Of a DNA stretch of 61,087 nucleotides, positions 45,283 to 54,573 are shown piece by piece. A model generated the notes under the pieces. It was given only the letters and a program-made list of their open reading frames with translations. It was not told where the DNA came from and searched no databases. Where the stretch lies: the NCBI GenBank assembly GCA_018221205.1, contig JAAOYF010000027.1, positions 1 through 61,087 on the forward strand, given 5' to 3'. This DNA comes from Candidatus Woesearchaeota archaeon (GTDB lineage Archaea; Nanobdellota; Nanobdellia; Woesearchaeales; WJIZ01). Each line of letters starts with the position of its first letter. Position 1 is the stretch's first letter. Position numbers and translations under genes: made by a program.

Positions 45283-46013
45283 TCATCCGGAGAAAACTTT
45301 AATTTAATTACTTGAATGAGCTTGTTCATAAAGTCCTTGATACTCTTGAATGTCTTCTTTATCTTGCCTATCACTTTCCTCATGATTTTTCCAGGGAATT
45401 TCAGTATGACTACTATCTTTTTCAGCACTTTCATGCTGATATCAAGACTTTTGCTCCATATCTTGGACAGCACGACCTTTGCTTTTTCCCAGAAAATGAT
45501 GAGTTTTTTCTTCAATGCGCGATTAGGAGCATTCAGCCTATGAAGAACAGGCCAGATATGCTGCTGGTAGTAGAGTCTTGAAGGATGGAGCTTGCCAGCT
45601 ACCTTGAACGTGAATCTTTGGTAGGATCTTTTTGATTTTTTAGCGAGCTCAAAACCCGTACCCCTTTTGAACTGTTCGCTCTTTTTCCCGGTGAACGATT
45701 TTGTCCTTTTGAATATGAACTTCAGCCTGTTCAGGGTAGATACAAAGGGCCTGAGGAACTTTTTCATCCCTCTCTTGCCTCTTTCCTTCTGCTTCTCTTT
45801 CCTGACCTTTTTAGCGAGCATACTCTCATATCTTTTTCTTAATGCAAGGGAATCCTCCAGGAATCTCTTCTCATGTCTCTTCATCAGCAGCCTTCTCTCA
45901 TGAGCAGACAGCTTCTGGTCTTCGGTAAGAAGAGAGTCCATCTTCTTCAGATAATGCTTCACCATCTCTTCTTTGTTCTCTTCAAACCACAGGTTTATCT
46001 CTGACTCTTCCAT
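45279..46013 (-). CDS. Highly basic K/R-rich hypothetical protein
   Basis: 244-aa ORF and last gene of the RHH-RHH-ATPase operon. Confidence 0.45.
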   Translation of the reverse strand: MEESEINLWFEENKEEMVKHYLKKMDSLLTEDQKLSAHERRLLMKRHEKRFLEDSLALRKRYESMLAKKVRKEKQKERGKRGMKKFLRPFVSTLNRLKFIFKRTKSFTGKKSEQFKRGTGFELAKKSKRSYQRFTFKVAGKLHPSRLYYQQHIWPVLHRLNAPNRALKKKLIIFWEKAKVVLSKIWSKSLDISMKVLKKIVVILKFPGKIMRKVIGKIKKTFKSIKDFMNKLIQVIKLKFSPDD

Positions 46014-46014
46014 C

Positions 46015-46440
46015 TTATTCTAGGCGTTCCCTCAATCCTTTACAGGCAGAAAAAACCGTCTGCTTCAATTCCTTGGGAAGAAGCCTATAGCGCTGCATGA
46101 TCTCATGATAGTTGTCCTTAGCAGGCTTCTTCTCATTGTTCCTCAGATGCTCAAAACATTCTTTGATCAGGACATTTATACGGTCAAAATCAGATCCTTT
46201 AGAGAGGTCATCTATCTCATTCTTGATATCCTTCAGGAGATGTTTTGCACGCTTGATGTCATGCTCTTCCTGGGTGAGTGATGCAGTCTTTATCTTTGAA
46301 GGTATATCCAATACCATCAGCTCTGCTATGGCAGTATCTTTCCCTTCTTTTCTCAGCACGGACACAGACTGCTGCAATTCCTGAAATTTATCCTTAAGTT
46401 CGTCGATCTTCTCTTCTATCTCCTCTTTTTTTATCCTCAT
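46015..46440 (-). CDS. Helical/coiled-coil hypothetical protein
   Basis: 141-aa ORF. Its start overlaps the stop of the 1287-aa ORF. Confidence 0.45.
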   Translation of the reverse strand: MRIKKEEIEEKIDELKDKFQELQQSVSVLRKEGKDTAIAELMVLDIPSKIKTASLTQEEHDIKRAKHLLKDIKNEIDDLSKGSDFDRINVLIKECFEHLRNNEKKPAKDNYHEIMQRYRLLPKELKQTVFSACKGLRERLE

Positions 46441-49400
46441 TTCTTAACCTCCTTCTTCTCCCCTTTCGGAGGGTTTTTCGTAAGCTCAATAGCCCCTTCT
46501 AATTTTTTCACTACCTTATCCTTCTTCTCAACCTGGTCTTTTGGCAATGCAATATTCTTGACCTCCATCATCAGATCATTGATGGTTAGCCAGTCTTTAT
46601 AGGGGAGCAAGTTCTCAATCTGCTTGCCCAACTGAGTTATGCTCTCGAGATTCGCCTCGATCTGTTCCTTACTTAGCTTCGTTTCCTCTTTCTTCTCTTC
46701 TTTTCTTGATTCGACCTCTTTCTTCTTCACTTCTTTTTCCTTATCAGCTGCCTTTTCGTGCTCTTTTCGTGCTGCTTCCAATTCTTTTTCCATAGCCTCG
46801 ACATCGACGAGCTTTCTCTGCAGTTTCTGAGGCTTCTTACCTATCTTGTTCCAGAGTTTCTCAACCCTCGGCGTCAATCCATCCAGGTAGATCTGGACCA
46901 TGTTGAAATTGCCTGATTTGATCTTGTCCTGGGCAAGCTTCAGCTCTAATTTCAGGTCGAACACATCCTGGCTTTCCTTCTCGAGCTGCTCGAACTGGAA
47001 TGCGAGATCGTCGACAATATCATTGAATTTATTGTATTTCTCAAGCTCCTCATCACTCAATCTGACGACAGAATGGAGGATAGGACGGAATGTCACGTAG
47101 TAAGGCCTTCCACGATTCCATGCAGAGCTCTGCACCATGCCGCTGCCAACAGGCGCTTTGATCAATGCCTGGATGAACTCTTCACCATAGTTGGTCTTGA
47201 TCCTGTTCAAATCGCCCTCATCTCGAGTCTTCATCTGGACGTTGGTGTTGATGTTGGCTTTGATCTGGCCGACGAAATCCTGCAATACCTGTGAGATCAG
47301 CAAAATACCGATACCCCACTTCCTGAACTCTCGGCACCCACGTTCAATCTGGATAAAGCCCTGTCCAGAGCCGCCAAATTTCGGCAAGATCCTATGGATC
47401 TCATCGTAGACGAGCATATATCTCAATCCCCGATACTCCTGCAGATTAGAGTGGAAGATCTCTCTGATGGTATTCGCGACAAAAATATCATAGTCCTTTG
47501 GATCTAATGTGGAGGTGGTGAAGACCTGTATCTCTCCAGGACGCCAATTCTTGTAGATGGCGACAATCTCTCTACTATCCTTGATTGCACGAATATTACC
47601 TGGGAAGGCTCTCGCGTCTTTAGGTTTCATACCCATCGCAGGATAGAAGCTGAGCATCTTCTTATCAGTGCATTTTCTCAGCATGCCTGACCATTGGGCA
47701 GTCGGATCGAATACGACGATAGCTGCACCCTTTATCAATACCTCTTCTATTATCACCTGTGCTGCAATAGATTTTCCTCCTCCTGTCGATCCTGCGACGA
47801 TGGAATGGACGGTTAAGATGTCCATATCAAAATATGCGTTCTTGGTCGTCTCTGCTATCTTGCCAACAAACAAGCTGCGGGGCCCTTCTTTCGGCAACTC
47901 TTTATAATCGACTTTCGCATGGAACCTCTTCCGTTTCTCCATCTCCCTCTTTATGATGAGGTAGGTGATGAATCCCAGCAGGAGAAGGGCCACGATGAGT
48001 GCAAGGACCCATACAGGCAGCCATCCAAAGATCCGATATTGATGATAAGGATAGACGACACTAAACAAGGTATCTGTCGAAGAGGAGATGCCTAGATATT
48101 CTGCTTCAACTCCGAGGAGATAATCTCCAGTCTCGAAGTCTTTCGGTATCTTATACGAGCGTATGAGGGAAGCGAAGGTCTCGATGTTCAGACCATGCTC
48201 TCCTATCGGGGTCTTATTGGTCTTGTTGAGATCAGAGATGAAGAAACTTAGGTTGACATTGTATTTCCTTCCGATCAGCAGGTTGATCAGATCCAATTCA
48301 TATTTGAAATCATAGCCGATGAATGCATTTTTCTTCAACGGCCGGAGATCCATCAATAATGTCCTTACCGGAATGTCGATGTCTTCTGTTATGATGAGAT
48401 AGACAGGTATGTTGTAATCATAATCTCCCCTTATGCGGATATTGCCTAAGTATTTTCCTTCGTCTTGGTTCCCTAGCAGGCGCACGTTCACTTCTTTAGA
48501 AGAATTTGCAGGAATGAGCAGCTCTGTGTCGCTCAATTGAATGGAAGGAGCGACATTTCCTTCTACACCGAGCCTTAATCTTATCGGTACTTTCCTGAAA
48601 TTGAAGATGGTGAACTGCTCGTCCACGTAGTTTCCTCTCTGTATCTTCTTGATGATCTCGTTGATGGAGATGAATACTTCTAGAGGAGAGGGTTTTTGCA
48701 CATCTATGGGGAAGGCGGATTCGTCTGTCCTTGTCCTTGTCCTTGTCTGAGTCTCTTCCTCTGGCTTGGGCTGAACTTGCACCTGCTCAGGTATCTCTCC
48801 AAGCGGAATAGTGATGTTCACTGTACCGCCCTCTACTAATTCAGTTATCCCAGTCAGGTTCCCAATGTAAGGGAAATATCCATCCTTAATGCCGATAATC
48901 AAATAGTAGGCTGAAGCAGGAAGGTTCAGCGTAAAGCCACCATTAGTGTCTGAGTAGGTAAGGTAGCCTCCGATAGCCACTGTAGCGTTTGATATCCTTG
49001 TCAGAGTATCCTCATCGAAGACATATCCATTCACTGTCCCATTCAGATCTGCTTCGATGGGAATCGGGATTAATGATAGGTTCAGCTCTTTTTCTTCATA
49101 GATATCGATGCTGATATCTTTTGAGTAGGGGAAATATCCTGTCTTCACTGCGACAGCGGTCCTGTTGCCGCTCTGCATAGGGAAACTGAATCTTCCACTT
49201 GCATTCGTGATACCGACGCCGCCACCAGCTGAGACTGTCGCATTCGGGATGGCGCAGGCTGCGATGGAGAAGTTTGCGATGCAGGCGCTTGTGTTCTGGA
49301 AGACATATCCTCTTAATATTGCATTGAAATCAAACTTCCCGAGGAAATCAGGGACCATGGAGATATTGTATTGGATTATCTCTCCGACTTCGGCCTCTAC

Positions 49401-50300
49401 CAGACCGTAGAAGTCCAAGAATCCAGGATGACTTGCTTTCAAGATATGTCGGTCTACATCTACAAGTATCAAGTAGTAGCCAGATGCATTTGTGTTGGTC
49501 GTAAGACCAGAAATATTGATTATTGTATTGTTCAATGGAGAGCCATCTCTTATATCAGTCACATACCCGTCGATGAAACTCTTCTCCTGGATGGAGCAGT
49601 TGCTCAAAGGATCAGATATAGGATCAGGGAAGAAATAATAGGTGATATTGTCAGAAGATTCTGGAATGGGCAGCATCATTTCATAATTATAGTAGGAATT
49701 GTCAAAGCCTTGCTTAAATTCTTCTGCTTGGACTGCAAAGAAGATGTTTCCGGCAGAATCCTGCAATGCACCCATCAACCAGCTCACTGCTTCTGGGAAG
49801 AGATCAATCGCAGGAGCAGTGATATTCAATCCTCCTAGGATTACATTGATGGTCTCTGTGAAACTCATATTCGCGGAATACACTGCTTGTGAACTGACTT
49901 CCATGAATGCGTCTATCGCAGAGAGATTTGCAGCAGATGCACCTGAGGAAAAATCCAATTGCGATTGATTCAGGGTGCTGGCATATATATCTAATCCGGT
50001 TGTACCATGACAATTGAAGAAGAGATCGTACCTATTTAGGTCGCCGGCCGCCGAAGTATAGGGCCAATAATCATTATTATTCGACGGACTGAGGATAGCG
50101 ATACCATAATAGCCAGTCCACCAGTTCATCTCTACTGGCCCGACTATCTGCACTTCATAGATATAGCCGGCTGTTCCGTTGACTGCCCAGCCGAAGTAGC
50201 CGACATAATCTTTGACATAAGTGAGAGTGATGAGAGCAAGGACTAGAGAGATGATTATTATGAACAGATACAAATACTTGTATTGTCTCTTATGTATCAC
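46437..50300 (-). CDS. Giant single-pass membrane protein: extracellular W-x-G-Y-Y-G-like and CarboxypepD_reg-like repeats, TM helix, cytoplasmic HerA/FtsK-like (DUF87) P-loop ATPase, coiled-coil tail
   Basis: 1287-aa ORF with a GTG start overlapping the RHH-1 stop (GTGA) and an N-terminal signal anchor. MNWWTGYYG...GLDIYAST resembles the secreted family. Three G-Y-V-x-D...N-A-S-G-x-F-like repeats follow. TM helix IFGWLPVWVLALIVALLLLGFITYLII. Walker A HSIVAGSTGGGKS, VVFDPT, Walker B MLVYDEIH, and LLISQV. The tail is K/E-rich. Confidence 0.75.
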   Translation of the reverse strand: MIHKRQYKYLYLFIIIISLVLALITLTYVKDYVGYFGWAVNGTAGYIYEVQIVGPVEMNWWTGYYGIAILSPSNNNDYWPYTSAAGDLNRYDLFFNCHGTTGLDIYASTLNQSQLDFSSGASAANLSAIDAFMEVSSQAVYSANMSFTETINVILGGLNITAPAIDLFPEAVSWLMGALQDSAGNIFFAVQAEEFKQGFDNSYYNYEMMLPIPESSDNITYYFFPDPISDPLSNCSIQEKSFIDGYVTDIRDGSPLNNTIINISGLTTNTNASGYYLILVDVDRHILKASHPGFLDFYGLVEAEVGEIIQYNISMVPDFLGKFDFNAILRGYVFQNTSACIANFSIAACAIPNATVSAGGGVGITNASGRFSFPMQSGNRTAVAVKTGYFPYSKDISIDIYEEKELNLSLIPIPIEADLNGTVNGYVFDEDTLTRISNATVAIGGYLTYSDTNGGFTLNLPASAYYLIIGIKDGYFPYIGNLTGITELVEGGTVNITIPLGEIPEQVQVQPKPEEETQTRTRTRTDESAFPIDVQKPSPLEVFISINEIIKKIQRGNYVDEQFTIFNFRKVPIRLRLGVEGNVAPSIQLSDTELLIPANSSKEVNVRLLGNQDEGKYLGNIRIRGDYDYNIPVYLIITEDIDIPVRTLLMDLRPLKKNAFIGYDFKYELDLINLLIGRKYNVNLSFFISDLNKTNKTPIGEHGLNIETFASLIRSYKIPKDFETGDYLLGVEAEYLGISSSTDTLFSVVYPYHQYRIFGWLPVWVLALIVALLLLGFITYLIIKREMEKRKRFHAKVDYKELPKEGPRSLFVGKIAETTKNAYFDMDILTVHSIVAGSTGGGKSIAAQVIIEEVLIKGAAIVVFDPTAQWSGMLRKCTDKKMLSFYPAMGMKPKDARAFPGNIRAIKDSREIVAIYKNWRPGEIQVFTTSTLDPKDYDIFVANTIREIFHSNLQEYRGLRYMLVYDEIHRILPKFGGSGQGFIQIERGCREFRKWGIGILLISQVLQDFVGQIKANINTNVQMKTRDEGDLNRIKTNYGEEFIQALIKAPVGSGMVQSSAWNRGRPYYVTFRPILHSVVRLSDEELEKYNKFNDIVDDLAFQFEQLEKESQDVFDLKLELKLAQDKIKSGNFNMVQIYLDGLTPRVEKLWNKIGKKPQKLQRKLVDVEAMEKELEAARKEHEKAADKEKEVKKKEVESRKEEKKEETKLSKEQIEANLESITQLGKQIENLLPYKDWLTINDLMMEVKNIALPKDQVEKKDKVVKKLEGAIELTKNPPKGEKKEVKK

Positions 50301-50431
50301 TCTGCGTCCATCCTCCTTTTGATTAGGTACTCAAAACCGTGAGATCTGTTTGCGAATGTTTTATCATCAATCTTCTTATCTATCCAATCAACTAAATCTT
50401 TGTCTATTGTTATGGTGATGCGCTCTTTCAT
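50297..50431 (-). CDS. Ribbon-helix-helix (CopG/Arc-like) micro-protein RHH-1
   Basis: Not in the track. Hand translation gives MKERITITIDKDLVDWIDKKIDDKTFANRSHGFEYLIKRRMDAE. The beta-strand ITITID plus the RSH..EYL helix pattern fits an RHH fold. Confidence 0.6.
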   Translation of the reverse strand: MKERITITIDKDLVDWIDKKIDDKTFANRSHGFEYLIKRRMDAE

Positions 50432-50562
50432 TCTTGGTCTATCTTCCTTTTCACTAAATATTCAAAAGCATGAGATCTGTTCGCGAATGTCTTGTCAGTT
50501 ACTTTCTTATCTAGCCATCTGAGAAGTTCTTTGTCTATTGTTATGGTGATGCGCTCTTTCAA
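50428..50562 (-). CDS. Ribbon-helix-helix micro-protein RHH-2 (TTG start)
   Basis: Not in the track. Hand translation gives (M)KERITITIDKELLRWLDKKVTDKTFANRSHAFEYLVKRKIDQE, a tandem paralog of RHH-1. There is no in-frame ATG upstream. It has an ATGA overlap with RHH-1. Confidence 0.5.
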   Translation of the reverse strand: MKERITITIDKELLRWLDKKVTDKTFANRSHAFEYLVKRKIDQE

Positions 50563-50672
50563 TAGAGAACTATCATACTGAGTAATATATAAAGGTTTCT
50601 GTTAAGTAGATTAGTATAGAAAAAAGTATATTTATTAACGAAAAATATTATGTTCGCATACTGAGTAATACT

Positions 50673-53600
50673 TTACTTTTGGAGCATCTCAAAGACTTCG
50701 CTACACACCCTGCTCACTTTCACTTTCCACGATTTCGGCAGTTGAGCATATAATTCCTGGATGTCGTTGTAGATCGATTTCGCCTGTTTCTTGTCACTCT
50801 TAATGACATTCAACACATCCTTGACCTTTTTCTTTATCCTATGGACAAGCAGTTCGTTATAGATAGAAGAGATCTTTTCGATGACTTTCTTCCTGAGATC
50901 AGATCCTAATCTGTCATTGTAGATCTTGATCATATCATGATAGGTGTCTTCAGCATTGTCCAGTCTCTCTTCAGCTATCTCACCTGAAGCCCGCTTGAGC
51001 AGCATATGGAGCTCGTGAAGATCCTTATTGATCATCTTCTTCACTTGATGGATCGGATTGATCTTATTGATGAAATCGTATTTCCTTATCTTGAGGAGTA
51101 TCTCAAATTCATAAAATACATAGACGACCAGCAGCAGCAGGATGAGGGCGATCTGGATAGCCAGCAAAGGATTCTCAAAACCAGTAAAGGTGGAGAATAC
51201 TGCAAACCCACTGATACCCAGGCCTTTTTTCGGCTCAGCAAATGGGTCTATGAGGACAGGCACGATCTTTTTCGTGTCTTCACTCTCTACTCTTTTCTTA
51301 AGATAATAGATGATGTTCTTGATCTTGCCTGGCTCAAACAATACCAAAGGATCTGACTCGAGAATCTGATGGGGTGTCAAGAATTCAATCTCTGAGGTAT
51401 CTTTTGCCAGGTCTTTAGGAATCGACTCTATGATATGCATATTCTCGTTGGAGTTCTTGATATCGAAATCTGTCTTTATCAGGGTGATCTCTTCTGTCTC
51501 TCCAGAGAGCATCGTCAGCTCGATATTCTTCACTGTCTTTATGATGAGCATATCTTTCTGGATATCTTCGTTGGCGCCTATCACTTCCTTGTCTTCTTTC
51601 TTCATCACTTCAGCATATCTTTTCAAGGTCTCTTCAATCTCTTTCTCTTCGGGATAGGCAGAATATTCTTCAGTGGCAAGGACCTTTAGGCCAATGATGG
51701 TGTTCTGTTCGATCTCATCTACACTCGCTATGATATCAAGCCTTCTCTGATCTTTTTCATCCTCTTCCTTGAAATACTGCAGGCCGTCAAGGTCGCGAGG
51801 GATCCTCAACAGGTTTGTCTTCTTTTCCTGGAGCTGCCCTTCTATTCCAAGATCAATCGCTGCATCAAGCTCAGATTTGCCAAGATTGCTCATGGTATAG
51901 ATCGCGTCTGATAGCGCATCAACCAATAGGGTGACTCTTTCAAGAAGACTCCCTGATTCAAGCACTTCAGCAACAGGGACAGGCACCTCTTCTTCGACAG
52001 TCTCCAAGGGGTCTGCTGCTATTATCTTAAGGGTAGTTGAGTTCAGATAGTATGTCTTTGCCAGATCCTTTGTCACTTCTAATTTTTCGGATTCAGACTC
52101 GTAGTTTTCCATCATGACCAACACTTGGTGGTTTCCGTCCAGCACGACATAAGAGACCGTGCCTTCTGCATTCGTGATTTTCTTGTCTCCTTCGACAAAG
52201 ACTTTTGCGCCTGCCAGCAATTTATTCGAGATGTCCTTGACGATGATATCGAGATTGTACTGCTCCTTCACCTTTATCCTTATGGTGCTAGATGCTACAT
52301 TGCCTACAGAGTCCTTTACCTGCACAGCCACATCGTAGTTCCTCACTCCATTGAAGGTGTGCTTCGGATTCTGCTCGGTGGAGGTCGTCTCGTCATCGAA
52401 ATCCCATTTATAGGTTATTCCACCTATGCCGCCAGAGGGATGGGACTCAAACGTCACCGCGATGCCTGAACTTATTTCGGTATCATCAGCGACAATAGAG
52501 ACCGTAAAGGTATTTCCTACTTCGAACGTCTTCTCGATCACTTGGGAGCCATGCTCAAAGATCATCACTGCTTCGATCTTATAGGAACCAGGCCTTTTCA
52601 GGAAGTCTATCACATCAGTCACCGGGAAATTCTGATTGCTGTAGGACCTGAACAGGGTCTCTCCGTTAGGCTGTGTTATGAGGACAGTGACTTCTGCTCC
52701 GAAGGGAGCGGTGATGATGTAATAGCCCTGTTGGTTGATGCTGAACGTGTCAGCATTGAGCTCCAGGCCGAAATCCTGCTCGAGGTCGATGATGAATCTC
52801 CTTTCTTCAGACTCTCTCATATTTCCGGCAAGATCAGTACAGGCCACTTTCCATGTATGATTGCCGCTCTCAAGGTCTGTCAGTGTGATCTCTTCACTCT
52901 CTCCAGAGCTGACTACGAGGTCCTGCTTCTTCTGGCCGTCTATGAAAAGAGAGCAGTCGAATTGAGGAGCAAGATTATCTACAGGGAGGAAATCTAAGGT
53001 GAGGGTGCTCATGAACGTGAAAAAATTGTCTTCAAGACCTAAGGTGATGGAAGGAGCAGTGTAGTCCATGATGATCGGAAGAGGAGATGACTGCAGCTGG
53101 TCAGCTTCATCATCTGCGCAGTCAAGCACGAATGATCGTGAGCCTTCAGCCAAGTCAAGAGTAGTTGAGAGCGTCTCAGTCTCGACAGAGCCAAAGACCT
53201 GGAGGATGATACTGTTGTCCAGCAAGAGCGAACAGTCTACTGATGTCCCTGTTGTGTGGAAGACAAAATAATCCAGATCAAGACTCTGTTGGCTATCATA
53301 GTAGGTACCGGCATCTGGAGTGAGACTGAAAATGTCCATGCTGCCTGTGCCATGGAAAATCCTCAACGTGATAGGGGTCCCTTCCGGATCTATCTGCTCC
53401 TGGAAATTTGCCTGCAGGGAAGCAGTGCCGCTGTAGCTAATTTCGGCTTTCGGATTATCTAAATCAAAGGAAATGTCAGCGTAGATGACCTGGGCAGAAA
53501 CTTCATTGTTCTTTGTCGCACCCAGCTTTCCTTCATTCAGGCTGAAGTCGTCATCCCAGTTGTCTGCAGCAGGCTCTTTTTCTACTAATGCGCAACATTG

Positions 53601-53831
53601 TGCGCTGCCATAGCAGGTCTTCTGCATTGAGGAAGACTCATAAGAGTAGACTGCCCATTGGGTGCAGAGCTTTGATTCATCAACCTGCCAATCGAATGAA
53701 CTGGCGCTGACACTGAATGTCTTCAATGCGTTGTTGCCTGTAGGGATCTCGGTGAGGGAGATGTCGATACTAAGGGCAAGGACAAGGGTGCTCAGCAGGA
53801 TCACTGTTGCGAGATAATGGAGCTTTTTCAT
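50673..53831 (-). CDS. Giant secreted surface protein with PKD domain, C-terminal TM helix and cytoplasmic helical tail
   Basis: Start trimmed to MKKLHYLATVILLSTLVLALS (ATGA overlap with the 90-aa RHH gene). PKD-like ITYKWDFDDETTSTEQNPKHTFNGVRNYDVAVQVKDSVGN. TM helix LLAIQIALILLLLVVYVFYEF. About 140 aa are cytoplasmic. Confidence 0.7.
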   Translation of the reverse strand: MKKLHYLATVILLSTLVLALSIDISLTEIPTGNNALKTFSVSASSFDWQVDESKLCTQWAVYSYESSSMQKTCYGSAQCCALVEKEPAADNWDDDFSLNEGKLGATKNNEVSAQVIYADISFDLDNPKAEISYSGTASLQANFQEQIDPEGTPITLRIFHGTGSMDIFSLTPDAGTYYDSQQSLDLDYFVFHTTGTSVDCSLLLDNSIILQVFGSVETETLSTTLDLAEGSRSFVLDCADDEADQLQSSPLPIIMDYTAPSITLGLEDNFFTFMSTLTLDFLPVDNLAPQFDCSLFIDGQKKQDLVVSSGESEEITLTDLESGNHTWKVACTDLAGNMRESEERRFIIDLEQDFGLELNADTFSINQQGYYIITAPFGAEVTVLITQPNGETLFRSYSNQNFPVTDVIDFLKRPGSYKIEAVMIFEHGSQVIEKTFEVGNTFTVSIVADDTEISSGIAVTFESHPSGGIGGITYKWDFDDETTSTEQNPKHTFNGVRNYDVAVQVKDSVGNVASSTIRIKVKEQYNLDIIVKDISNKLLAGAKVFVEGDKKITNAEGTVSYVVLDGNHQVLVMMENYESESEKLEVTKDLAKTYYLNSTTLKIIAADPLETVEEEVPVPVAEVLESGSLLERVTLLVDALSDAIYTMSNLGKSELDAAIDLGIEGQLQEKKTNLLRIPRDLDGLQYFKEEDEKDQRRLDIIASVDEIEQNTIIGLKVLATEEYSAYPEEKEIEETLKRYAEVMKKEDKEVIGANEDIQKDMLIIKTVKNIELTMLSGETEEITLIKTDFDIKNSNENMHIIESIPKDLAKDTSEIEFLTPHQILESDPLVLFEPGKIKNIIYYLKKRVESEDTKKIVPVLIDPFAEPKKGLGISGFAVFSTFTGFENPLLAIQIALILLLLVVYVFYEFEILLKIRKYDFINKINPIHQVKKMINKDLHELHMLLKRASGEIAEERLDNAEDTYHDMIKIYNDRLGSDLRKKVIEKISSIYNELLVHRIKKKVKDVLNVIKSDKKQAKSIYNDIQELYAQLPKSWKVKVSRVCSEVFEMLQK

Positions 53832-54100
53832 TTCTCCACCTCTATCATCTCTTTTATCCTTTTGAGCTCTTGCAGCAGAAGTTCCTCTTTTGAGAGCTTG
53901 GATTTTTCCTTTACAACTTCTTTGATATCTTCTCTCAGTTTTTTCACTTGGTAGGTTGTAGGGTCTTTCCATTCCAGCCAACGCTTTCTTACAATGCTTC
54001 TCACTGTTTCTGATACATCAAGAAAATGATCTTTCTGGACAATCTCTTTGAGGTTTTTAGCTAATGAAGAAGGAACCCTTATAGAGACTATTGCATTCAT
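53828..54100 (-). CDS. Ribbon-helix-helix protein with coiled-coil extension
   Basis: 90-aa ORF. MNAIVSIRVPSSLAKNLKEIV...VSETVRSIVRKRW fits an RHH N-domain. Confidence 0.55.
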   Translation of the reverse strand: MNAIVSIRVPSSLAKNLKEIVQKDHFLDVSETVRSIVRKRWLEWKDPTTYQVKKLREDIKEVVKEKSKLSKEELLLQELKRIKEMIEVEK

Positions 54101-54240
54101 TTCGACCCCATGTAGTCACGGATGAAATCTCGAATAGCTTCTGATCTTGACCCATAGATCTCCCTCTTCACCAAAGAATCAAGCCATTTTATGATATCAT
54201 CAGGCAGGCGCACGTTTAGGATGTTTATTTTTTGCGGCAT
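54097..54240 (-). CDS. Ribbon-helix-helix CopG-family micro-protein
   Basis: Not in the track. Hand translation gives MPQKINILNVRLPDDIIKWLDSLVKREIYGSRSEAIRDFIRDYMGSK, a classic CopG pattern (SRSEAIR). It has an ATGA overlap with the next gene. Confidence 0.65.
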   Translation of the reverse strand: MPQKINILNVRLPDDIIKWLDSLVKREIYGSRSEAIRDFIRDYMGSK

Positions 54241-54573
54241 TTGTTTTCAGTATACAGATGTATGATATTTGTATTTTAATATAATAATATGTGTAGTATT
54301 TAAAAGTTTCTATCCTTTTGTGTATTTTCTTTGTATGTTGTATGTATTTTATTTATTAGTTATATGTATTTTCTATTTTTCTGGTTAAATTAAGGATGGG
54401 CGAAATAGTCTGTTTGTATTATATACGTGTGATGTATGTATTATGGAATAGTGGTTTTTTGTTGGAGAAAGACCATCTAGACTAGGCACTCAAACATTTA
54501 ATCTTGTTACTAATATACAAAAGCAGAATATTTATATAGTAGTTTCTATACTATTGTAGCAAGGGGGTAGTAA
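54241..54573. promoter_or_regulatory. AT-rich 333-nt divergent intergenic region packed with TGTAT / TGTATTTT repeats
   Basis: TGTATTTT occurs at 54270, 54321, 54343 (within TGTATGTATTTT at 54339) and 54365. Further TGTAT copies lie at 54259, 54332, 54414 and 54433-54437. The region sits between the RHH operon (minus) and the 128-aa ORF (plus). Confidence 0.6.
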
